Shown in pieces: positions 17,522 to 25,419 of a stretch of DNA of 37,172 bases. Made by a program: the position numbers and the translations under genes. The notes under the pieces were generated by a model. That model worked only from the letters and a program-made list of their open reading frames with translations. It was not told where the DNA came from and did not search any database. Position 1 is the first letter of the stretch, and the number at the start of each line of letters is the position of its first letter. The DNA is from Candidatus Pacearchaeota archaeon (lineage in GTDB: Archaea > Nanobdellota > Nanobdellia > Pacearchaeales > GW2011-AR1), in the NCBI GenBank assembly GCA_018303825.1, contig JAGVXK010000002.1:1-37172 (forward strand), given 5' to 3'.

Positions 17522-17818
17522 GTGAATTATAGGAAACACCAGATTAAAAATCTTCTTTTTCAGAAAAAGAAGCAAAAACGCGCCCCCGACAGATACAAAT
17601 GAAATGCCCCAGAGACATAAGATTCTCAGCAATTACGCAAAGAGCCCATTCTCGTGAGGTTTAGCTTACTCGAGACTCTTAGTTCGTAGCTCGAGGTCTT
17701 TCAGACTCGCCTAATCTCTGCTAAAAGGTAAATCTCTCAATTACTCCGTAATTGTTCTCTTAGTTCGAAACGAGATTTAATCTAACTTTCACCTTATACT
17801 AATTAGCTTTAGAAAAAT

Positions 17819-18022
17819 TTAATTTGCCACAAGTGACTTAAGTGCAGAGGATGGCAAATGCTCGCTTGCATCAAGTATCTCAATGCCCAAAACTTTTCCA
17901 CTTTTGTCCAAATCTACGTTAACAGAATCATTTAGAGAGATTGTCTCCGCTACTTCTCCATTTCCTATTTCTTTGAAATAGACATAGGCTGCATCAGCTT
18001 CTTTATCAAATTCAGTTCTCAT
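17819..18022 (-). CDS. DUF2283 family putative antitoxin
   Basis: FDKEADAAYVYF...VDLDKSGKVLGIEILDAS. Confidence 0.88.
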   Translation of the reverse strand: MRTEFDKEADAAYVYFKEIGNGEVAETISLNDSVNVDLDKSGKVLGIEILDASEHLPSSALKSLVAN

Positions 18023-18024
18023 CT

Positions 18025-18231
18025 TTACATGACACTGACCACCTTTATATATTTATCTTTACCAGCGTAGACAACTTTTACCCTCTTTTCAGGATACTTC
18101 TTAATTGCTTCTGTTTTCTTGCCTTTTTGGACAGTATAATCAGGCATTTCGATAGTTTCTTGAACCTGCTTGAAAGTTATTGCCCTTTCAGCCATTCTCT
18201 TTTTTGCGTGGTCTGTTAGTATGATAGTCAC
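18025..18231 (-). CDS. DUF4258 family putative toxin (BrnT/RelE-like fold)
   Basis: LTDHAKKRMAERAIT; canonical pairing with DUF2283; non-ATG start. Confidence 0.8.
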   Translation of the reverse strand: MTIILTDHAKKRMAERAITFKQVQETIEMPDYTVQKGKKTEAIKKYPEKRVKVVYAGKDKYIKVVSVM

Positions 18232-18351
18232 TTGCTTAATAGTTTTGTTTAGATTATAAATTTTTCTTCGCTTTCGTTTTACGATTGGGTTGAAAGTTCT
18301 TTTAGCCTGAACGATTAGACGAAAAGTAAACCTCTTTAGGGATTTGATAAA

Positions 18352-19274
18352 TTATAAATGCAATATCTTTTCAGCATCGATTACCATAGAAAGTGCTGTT
18401 GGACCTGGACCAGCTCCAGGACCAATTAAGACATAACTACCATCTTTCCCAAACTCTCCCTCTGAAGTTAGAACTGCATTATTTACTCCGCTCGGAACCA
18501 ATTCTCTGAATAGAGGATTACCCTCTATGTTTCTTCTCTTGTAATTGAAACAATATATCTCCTGTTTGAAGCTTCTCGAACTAACCTTCTCAATTGATTC
18601 AATTCAATTGGCTCGACAATAATATCTTTAGCCCTTATTCTTTCTCGAGTTAGATTACAGACATTGAACAAAATAGAAGTTTTCATCGGAACATCGCCGG
18701 TTGCTTCTTTGTTTATAACCTCTAAGGGATGTTTCGCACCAGGTTCTGCATAACCAAGCCTCTTTGTTTCTTCGACCACCTCGCCGAGGCTTCTTCCTCT
18801 AGATAATCCCTCAAAAATGTAGTTTAATGTGCCATTGATGACCGCATGAATTTCTTGAACTTGTGGTCCAATTCTTTCTTGTAAATATCTTAATAATCTT
18901 GAACCACCACCAACAGTGGCACTATATCCTATCCTGTGACTTCTTACGGCTTCCTCAAGCTGTGAAAAGTAATTAGATAATGCCCCTTTCTCGCATGTTA
19001 TAATCGGAACACCCGCTTCTAAGGTTGAAGTTATGTATCTAAGCGCAATTTCTCCAGTATCTAAGGTAGGTATAGCAAGAAAAACCGCATCCAGCCCTCT
19101 GACATGCAATGCGTAATCCTCTATCTCTGCTAATTTTGTCTCGCCAGATAAATCTTGGAAGATTCCTTTTGAACCAGCAACCCACTCTACACCCCACCCT
19201 CTAGACTTAGCCTTGTGATAAACCTCTGAACCAATCGTCCTCTTACCTACTATTCCTACATTAACTTTTGCCAT
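18352..19274 (-). pseudogene. hom: Homoserine dehydrogenase, frameshifted
   Basis: 19274-18525 has TCEKGAL, SATVGGG, NGTLNY, LGYAEP; after TAG at 18525 a second frame continues SGVNNAV...GPGAGPGPTA to TAA at 18352. Confidence 0.75.
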
Positions 19275-19279
19275 TAAAA

Positions 19280-19337
19280 TTAAGCTACATCTGCAGTTTA
19301 AAAACCTATCAGAAGCATGTCTAATCTCGCTTAGTAC
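19280..19337. repeat. Degenerate fold-back unit B5 (core tgtctaa-tctcgc-ttagtac 19318-19337)
   Basis: Spacer identical to B3; left arm ttaagc lies 5 bp from the hom start codon. Confidence 0.55.
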
Positions 19338-19390
19338 TATTATAATATATATACACTAGTAAGAATTTTAAAACAAGCAAAGAGTTAGCT

Positions 19391-19771
19391 TTAACTCTTG
19401 GCAATTGAGAAAACAGTCTTTACAGCCACAACAATTGTGGCGGGTATAAATAAGAACATCAATCCTCCTAGGACATTAGTAAGAAACTTGCTGACATTAA
19501 CAAAACCAAGGATGGCGGCGCTTAGTACTCCGCCTTGCAAGCCAGCGAAACTAACAAGGACTACAGCCGTAGATACCATTAAGAAGGTTTTGGAGTCCTT
19601 CTCAGCAACAAAGAAGCCAACAATTAGTCCTAGAAGGCTAAGAATACCCAGAATGATCGGATTTATGTTGCTTCCAGCCACCATCGCCACTAATCCGAAT
19701 ATAATTGCTATAATGACTCCTATCAAGAAAGACCAAGCACCTATAACATTCTCTTGTGAGCGGACAGCCAT
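19391..19771 (-). CDS. 4-TM membrane protein
   Basis: 126 aa hydrophobic; GAWSFLIGVIIAII. Confidence 0.7.
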   Translation of the reverse strand: MAVRSQENVIGAWSFLIGVIIAIIFGLVAMVAGSNINPIILGILSLLGLIVGFFVAEKDSKTFLMVSTAVVLVSFAGLQGGVLSAAILGFVNVSKFLTNVLGGLMFLFIPATIVVAVKTVFSIAKS

Positions 19772-20014
19772 TTGCTACCCAGAAAGGGTATGCTTTTTTT
19801 AGAGCGCCCTCTTTTTCAGCGAAAACTTCTCCTAATTCTCTCCCGCTAGATTTATGCCCAAACACCCTTAATGAACGAGTGTAATCTTTTCCAACTTTGT
19901 CCAAATACGCTTGGTGCATTATCGCACTTCTGCCAACCATTCCTGAAGGAGCTAATATACCTAATTCAATCATCTTTTTTGTTTTTCATTCAAATATATA
20001 AACATTTGTTTGCT

Positions 20015-22423
20015 TTAGAACAACTTAGCTTGTTTGCCCTGTTGGATAATTTCATCGAAATCCTTATTGAAAAGAACTAGGACTTGATTGGCGATTGGCT
20101 TTATTTGTTTATCAATATAATGCTCATAATCTGGTCTGTGCTTTAATTTTTGTATTGGTTCTGGGCCGTGGGTTGTTACAATATACTCAATTACATTGGA
20201 ATCCAGCTTGTCGAGCTGTCTTGCTGCTTTCACATGAGGAGGAGTTGTTTTTGTATATTCATCAAGGTCTTTTCTTATTGATTTTCTATAGATTAATTGC
20301 TTATCTAGCTTTCCAGATGTTATTTTTTTTATATAATCCTTGATAAATTTAGTTATTTCTTCTTTATGGAATACTTTCATTAATATTTCTTTTTGGAATT
20401 CTCCTGCTGCTTCTGTCCAGTCTCCTCTTATTGCTTCTAAACCTGTTATTTCTAATTCTTCTTTGCCGTTCTTTTCTAGAAGGCCAGCGTATCTTTTTTT
20501 TGCAGCTATGCCTTCTTGTTTCTCTTCAGGCTTCAACTTCCCTTTGTTTTCTTCTGCCTTGGCTTTTGCCTTTTTACTTAATTTCATTCTTATCATTGGA
20601 ATCATCATTGAAAGATATTGCTTTTGGAATTGCAATTCAAGATAAGATTCTCTGTTGTGATTCTTTTTAACATAGTCTTTGTAGAAATGATTTATGAAAT
20701 CTTGCAGCTCTGTTCCAAGTTGATTAGCTTTTTGTTTTTCTAAGTTTGATGCAACAAAACAAGAATCTGTGTCCATATAAATTACTTTATATCCCTTCTT
20801 TTCTATTTCGCTTGCTGTAAGTTGGATTACATTGCGGGCGAAAGAGGTTATAGCAGAAGCCATATCGAAATCGAAGAATCTGCAATTTTGACTTGCCAAA
20901 ACTCCCCAGAAAGAGTTCATTATTATTTTTAATGCGTAATTGGAGAATTCACGTTTTTCTTTCTTTGCCTTTTCTCTTGCACTATGCAAATTTCCTATCA
21001 TCTCTGGAAGGATTCCATTTGTGTTTTTGAAATAAACTTTGTTTGGAGATTCTATTGCGTCTTTCTCTTTTCCTTTGCTCTTTCCTAAATAGGAACTTGG
21101 GTCTATGTTGAATGTTTTAATAACGCTTGGGTATAGTGATTTGAAGTCAAATACAAGAACATTATTGTATATTCCTGGTTTTGAAGAGAAAACATAACCT
21201 CCTTTAAGCCTTTCTTCTTTTCTGCCATAGACGGTTGTTGGGCAAACTAAATTTCTTTTTCTTGCCTCTCTAAGATAAAGGGAGTCAAAAGCAGCTATAG
21301 AAGCAGTTAGTTTGTCGAACTGCAAACCAGTTAGCATAGTTCTTTCAATTGCCAATGGAATCATCTTTGTCTTTTCCAGTATTTCATAAACAAGTTGGGC
21401 GTCAATAAGATTGTAATCAGCTAGTTTTTGCAAGCTTTCCCTTGTTCCTGTTTTGTAAAGATGCTCGAGTTCGTCATGTCTATTTTTTCCCTTTATCACT
21501 TTGCCTTTTCCCAGAATCACTTGGGAAACGTCTTCCAAAGTGTAGGATTCAAACTCTGCGTTTTTTATTGATGGGGCTTCCTGAATGAATGGATCCTGAA
21601 TTAAATTCATGGCATCTAATACTTGTCTTCCGGTTATGTCTGCGCTTGATGAACGGAAGAATGAAGATTCTATTCTTAAACTTGAAGGTTCATTTGTTCT
21701 TCCTAGGTCAAATGGAATTTTATGCTTGTTGAACATACCCTGCAGGATTTTTAAATCAAAGTCAATCAAATTCCAGCCAGTTATTATATCTGGGTCTAAT
21801 TTTAGCAGTTCTTGTTTGAATTTTTCAAGGCATTCTGCTTCATTCTTGCATGAAACCGCATGTTCAACCTTTTTATCTGTTATAATAAAGTTCTTTTTGT
21901 AATTTTTAGAATAAAGACCTATGCAAAATAAATTATTTGTTGTTTTATCAGATTCAATATCTATTGAAACAATTTTCAATTCAGGGATGAATGAAGATGG
22001 CTTTACTTTGGGATTTTTATAAACCCTGTCTATTTTCTCGCTTGGCTCATATTCCCCTGATATTTCTACCGAATTATATAAGTCATTATCTATTATGAAT
22101 CTTTGGGCTGGCTTGATGTCTGCTTCGAATGTGTTTATTTTGTTTCTTTGTAGTTCTGAAGATATCTTGTTGAGCTCGGTTTGATTTTCTGCTGTTATTT
22201 TTATCACAGACTCATTTTTGAATGTTGAAAGTTTGGTTTCCTCTATCTGTTTGCTTTCCAGGGTTTTTGGAAGGTGTTTTTTATCTTCTTTTCTTATGTA
22301 GAAATAAGGTTCTAATGTATGCAGAGTGCAGAATGATTTTCCATCTTCAAGCTTTCCAAACAGCCTTACGGTCGTCTTTTCGTTTTGATTGATATAGTCC
22401 GTATAAATGATAAAACCTTTCAT
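20015..22423 (-). CDS. polB: Family B DNA polymerase, E. coli Pol II-like, with 3'-5' exonuclease and C-terminal clamp-binding motif
   Basis: DIESD, GWNLIDFD, YNLID; DFKSLYPS, KIIMNSFWG, YMDTDS, KKRYAG; QAKLF C-terminus. Confidence 0.95.
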   Translation of the reverse strand: MKGFIIYTDYINQNEKTTVRLFGKLEDGKSFCTLHTLEPYFYIRKEDKKHLPKTLESKQIEETKLSTFKNESVIKITAENQTELNKISSELQRNKINTFEADIKPAQRFIIDNDLYNSVEISGEYEPSEKIDRVYKNPKVKPSSFIPELKIVSIDIESDKTTNNLFCIGLYSKNYKKNFIITDKKVEHAVSCKNEAECLEKFKQELLKLDPDIITGWNLIDFDLKILQGMFNKHKIPFDLGRTNEPSSLRIESSFFRSSSADITGRQVLDAMNLIQDPFIQEAPSIKNAEFESYTLEDVSQVILGKGKVIKGKNRHDELEHLYKTGTRESLQKLADYNLIDAQLVYEILEKTKMIPLAIERTMLTGLQFDKLTASIAAFDSLYLREARKRNLVCPTTVYGRKEERLKGGYVFSSKPGIYNNVLVFDFKSLYPSVIKTFNIDPSSYLGKSKGKEKDAIESPNKVYFKNTNGILPEMIGNLHSAREKAKKEKREFSNYALKIIMNSFWGVLASQNCRFFDFDMASAITSFARNVIQLTASEIEKKGYKVIYMDTDSCFVASNLEKQKANQLGTELQDFINHFYKDYVKKNHNRESYLELQFQKQYLSMMIPMIRMKLSKKAKAKAEENKGKLKPEEKQEGIAAKKRYAGLLEKNGKEELEITGLEAIRGDWTEAAGEFQKEILMKVFHKEEITKFIKDYIKKITSGKLDKQLIYRKSIRKDLDEYTKTTPPHVKAARQLDKLDSNVIEYIVTTHGPEPIQKLKHRPDYEHYIDKQIKPIANQVLVLFNKDFDEIIQQGKQAKLF

Positions 22424-22550
22424 TTTTTTAGGAAGAATTGATATTATATAAGGCTGTTTATGCCGTTGTCCCAGTATATTGTGATATAGTATGTTACTAT
22501 ATAGTGGTTACAAATGGAAAGGTTTAAATAGCTAAAAGGGCTATGGGATT

Positions 22551-23042
22551 ATGCATGCAAAAGATGAGGACAGGATGCGGAATGTCTATAGAAGGACAGA
22601 AGCAAACAGATTATTGGCTAATATTTATCCTAGAGATCCTGAAAAACAGGAGACGGCAATAAGAGAAATGGCTCTAGTGGCAAACGCTTATTTTGATTCT
22701 GTTGGAGCCGCTCCTTCACAGCCCGACTTACAAGCATTCGGAGAGGTATTTGATTCTTTAGATTCTCATTTAGTTCCAAGGAAAGGGTATTTCACTCAGG
22801 CTAGAGGCAGGCACCCGAGCAAACTTAGTATTCTTAGACTTGAGGCTGCAGTAGCAATTGTTGACAGGAAATATGGTGGATTCCAGAGAACTAGGCCATC
22901 GGGAACTGATTTGGTCTATCCTATGGCTGAAAATGTAATAATGCCTGAAGATCCCGGATTTGAGGCAACAAGAGTTGTTCCTGAAAATTCTACAATTGAG
23001 GGATATATGGAAGCTTTTGAAAGAGCTCTTCTTAATGGTTAA
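22551..23042 (+). CDS. Hypothetical protein
   Basis: 163 aa; gaaaggtttaaata promoter upstream. Confidence 0.6.
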   Translation: MHAKDEDRMRNVYRRTEANRLLANIYPRDPEKQETAIREMALVANAYFDSVGAAPSQPDLQAFGEVFDSLDSHLVPRKGYFTQARGRHPSKLSILRLEAAVAIVDRKYGGFQRTRPSGTDLVYPMAENVIMPEDPGFEATRVVPENSTIEGYMEAFERALLNG

Positions 23043-23235
23043 TTAAGGATTAATCTATAATCTTGATTGGGGCTTTGTTAAATTTAAAGGCATAGATAAT
23101 TTCATGGTCAATATTTTATGATAATATCTTAATGAATTTTGATATTTTATCGCTGTAATTCCAATATTTATTACCCATTGGCTTAACAATGCCTAAATTA
23201 GTTAGGTATTTAATATAGATATTCTATTGTTTTCG

Positions 23236-24249
23236 ATGGGCTTGCAGATAGGGGACATTGTTCCAAGAAAACAGCTTAAGTTTGAGGAACTGAAGGGAAA
23301 GGTAGTTGCAGTAGATGCTTTTAATGCTATTTATCAGTTCTTAAGTTCAATAAGGCAGCCGGATGGTACTCCCTTAATGGATTCCCAAAGGAGAGTTACT
23401 TCACATTTATCAGGGTTATTCTATAGAAATATTGCTTTGCTTTCGGAGGGAATGAAGCTCATTTATGTTTTTGATGGGGAATATCATGAATTAAAGGGAA
23501 AGACACATGACATAAGAGATGAAGCAAAGGAAGAAATGAAGGCAAAATATGAGGAAGCTAAAGATGAGGAAGATATTGAAGGAATGAGAAAATATTCTTC
23601 AGGATTTAATAAATTAACAAAGGAAATGATAGAGGAAAGCAAGGAACTTTTGCAGGCAATGGGCATTGCTGTTGTGCAGGCTCCTGGAGAGGGGGAGATG
23701 CAGGCTGCTGAACTTGTTAAGCAAGGAATAGCATATGCTGTTGGAAGCCAGGATTATGATGCACTTGTTGTCGGCGCAGATAGATTAATACAAAACTTGA
23801 CATTGGCAAGGCAGAGGAAGACAAGAAGCGGAATGATTTACATTTCTCCGGAGATGGTTGAGCATAATAGGGTTTTGAATGAGCTTGGAATTGACCATGA
23901 CCAGCTTATATCATTGGCGATTTTAGTTGGAAGCGATTTTAATCCGGGAGGAGTTAGAGGGATAGGTCCAAAAAAAGCCATTATTCTTGTGAAACAGAAA
24001 AAATATCCTGTTGAAATATTCAGGGAATTGCAGGAGCAGGGAAGGCTTGATTTCAACTGGCAGGAAGTATTTGAAATATTCAAAAAGCCAAATGTTTCAA
24101 AGGAAAAAGTTTCTTTTCCTAAGTTCAATAAGGAAAGAATAATTGATCTTCTTGTCAAGAGGCATGAATTTTCCCTTGAAAGGGTGAATAAGCAGTTTGG
24201 CAAATTAAATGAAGCCAAGAAGAGCTCCGGACAGAGCAAGCTGTTTTGA
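23236..24249 (+). CDS. fen: Flap endonuclease 1
   Basis: MGLQI, AVDAFNAIYQFLSSIRQPDG, APGEGEMQAA, SQDYDAL, GSDFNPGGVRGIGPKKA, QSKLF PIP box. Confidence 0.97.
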   Translation: MGLQIGDIVPRKQLKFEELKGKVVAVDAFNAIYQFLSSIRQPDGTPLMDSQRRVTSHLSGLFYRNIALLSEGMKLIYVFDGEYHELKGKTHDIRDEAKEEMKAKYEEAKDEEDIEGMRKYSSGFNKLTKEMIEESKELLQAMGIAVVQAPGEGEMQAAELVKQGIAYAVGSQDYDALVVGADRLIQNLTLARQRKTRSGMIYISPEMVEHNRVLNELGIDHDQLISLAILVGSDFNPGGVRGIGPKKAIILVKQKKYPVEIFRELQEQGRLDFNWQEVFEIFKKPNVSKEKVSFPKFNKERIIDLLVKRHEFSLERVNKQFGKLNEAKKSSGQSKLF

Positions 24250-24250
24250 T
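24215..24250 (+). repeat. 36-bp direct repeat, copy 1 (fen1 3' end)
   Basis: ccaagaagagctccggacagagcaagctgttttgat; 35/36 identical to 25384-25419. Confidence 0.95.
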
Positions 24251-24263
24251 ATGTGCTTTTAGA

Positions 24264-24365
24264 TTAAAGACAAACGTCTTAATTAAAATAAGTCAAATGT
24301 CTTAATAATAAATAGGAAAGTATTTAAAGACAAACGTCTTAATTAAAATAAGTCAAATGTCTTAA
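24264..24365 (+). promoter_or_regulatory. Two 42-bp direct repeats (24264-24305, 24324-24365) with AAGAC-N4-GTCTT palindromes around a BRE-TATA
   Basis: Exact duplication with period 60; gaaagtatttaaa at 24316-24328. Confidence 0.7.
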
Positions 24366-24367
24366 CG

Positions 24368-24778
24368 ATGGAGAAGGAAGAATTAAACGAGAAGGATGAG
24401 GTTATGGATGAGATAGAATCTTCCTTAAAGGATCCGAGAGGTTTGGCAAGTCATCAAAAGAGGCTGGCTTTTTGCCTCTCTCTTGGTATAACTAACTTGA
24501 TTGAAGAATATCTAAAAAAGAAAAATGTGCTGAAGCAAGGGCACAGAATAGACCATCAATGGTTTAAGAGGAAAAAGGATAGGGTTAGGGAGATTTTGTC
24601 GAAAAAGATAACTTCTTCTTTAGAATCCTTAGATAAATTAGACTTGTTGTTTGAAGTTGCTTTTAAAATTGAATCTAAAAGAAATGATTTAGCATATGGG
24701 GGATCGGTTAATGAGGAAATTTTGAAAAATTTGATTGATGAATTTTTAAATGCAAAGAAAAGGATTGAAAATGAATGA
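24368..24778 (+). CDS. HEPN-like protein (putative toxin)
   Basis: Helical; RNDLAYG RX4(H>Y) variant; overlaps MNT start. Confidence 0.6.
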   Translation: MEKEELNEKDEVMDEIESSLKDPRGLASHQKRLAFCLSLGITNLIEEYLKKKNVLKQGHRIDHQWFKRKKDRVREILSKKITSSLESLDKLDLLFEVAFKIESKRNDLAYGGSVNEEILKNLIDEFLNAKKRIENE

Positions 24779-25373
24779 AAAAATAATTGCCTACTCAAGC
24801 TATTTTATTTCTTATCTTCTGGATGAGTTAAAAGATTTATCTAAAATAAGAGAAATAATTTTGTTTGGCAGTGTTGCCAGAAGAGATGCAACAAAGGAAA
24901 GTGACGTAGATATATTTATTAGAACTATGAAAAAGGATAGAAATCTTGAAAGGCAGATTGGAGATATTATTGAAAAATTTTACAAAACTCGGGAGGCCTT
25001 GTTATTCAAATCTAAGGGCATAGATAATAAAATCAACATTATCATTGGAAAGTTAGAAGAATGGCCTAAATTAAAAGATAGCATAGAGGGTTCAGGTGTT
25101 GTTTTATATGGACCATTTATATCAAGCAACACTAGTGGAAAGAAGCAAGTTATTATCTCCTGGAACAAAATAGCCATTAATAGAGGGGCATTCTTAAATA
25201 AATTGTACGGCTATAAAGTTGGAGATAGAGCTTACATTGGTTTAATTGAATTGTTAAAAGGAAAGAAACTGGGAAAAAGCACTATCATGATTCCTGTTGA
25301 GCATAGGGAAGAAATATTTAAGCTCCTGAAAAAATATAAAGTCGATGCAAAAATCTTGGAAGTTTATATTTGA
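24771..25373 (+). CDS. MNT nucleotidyltransferase with C-terminal extra domain
   Basis: ILFGSVARRDATKESDVDIFI; start re-called at ATG 24771. Confidence 0.85.
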   Translation: MNEKIIAYSSYFISYLLDELKDLSKIREIILFGSVARRDATKESDVDIFIRTMKKDRNLERQIGDIIEKFYKTREALLFKSKGIDNKINIIIGKLEEWPKLKDSIEGSGVVLYGPFISSNTSGKKQVIISWNKIAINRGAFLNKLYGYKVGDRAYIGLIELLKGKKLGKSTIMIPVEHREEIFKLLKKYKVDAKILEVYI

Positions 25374-25383
25374 ATTTTAAAAT

Positions 25384-25419
25384 CCAAGAAGAGCTCCGGA
25401 CAAAGCAAGCTGTTTTGAT
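25384..25419 (+). repeat. 36-bp direct repeat, copy 2
   Basis: ccaagaagagctccggacaaagcaagctgttttgat. Confidence 0.95.

Larger units (their letters stand above)
17708..18321. repeat. Fold-back unit AC5, split by 484-bp cargo in its variable loop
   Basis: Left half 17708-17802, right half 18287-18321; ends cgcctaatc/gattagacg covary. Confidence 0.8.
10985..19337. mobile_element. Putative site-specific recombination cassette array (non-canonical attC/pdif-like repeats interspersed with cargo genes)
   Basis: Ten related arm-N6-arm cores and two recurrent fold-back units in intergenic DNA; cargo comprises TA, membrane, regulatory and metabolic genes; recombinase absent from window, so function is inferred. 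Confidence 0.55.
24251..25383. mobile_element. Minimal integrated island carrying a HEPN-MNT pair
   Basis: Bounded by 36-bp direct repeats; no integrase inside. Confidence 0.6.

Noticed and set aside
17522-17632. N-terminal extension of the RelE-like ORF in the track
   Set aside because: Runs through the promoter and repeat-flank motifs; ATG 17521 gives a normal-sized toxin
10985-19337. Canonical integron (attC with RYYYAAC/GTTRRRY plus intI)
   Set aside because: The invariant AAC/GTT triplets are not conserved (AAT/ATT, AAA/TTT, AAG/CTT) and no integrase is in the window; kept only as an analogy
19638-19973. 111-aa minus-strand ORF
   Set aside because: Overlaps 19391..19771 by 134 bp on the same strand with no recognisable motif; a TATA lies upstream, so it is not fully excluded
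20095-21902. Plus-strand ORFs within polB (and similar antisense ORFs elsewhere, e.g. 19398..19802, 26484..26945, 32785..33198)
   Set aside because: Antisense shadows of well-supported genes
24264-24365. 42-bp repeats as a mini-CRISPR
   Set aside because: Only two copies, with an 18-bp gap containing the promoter
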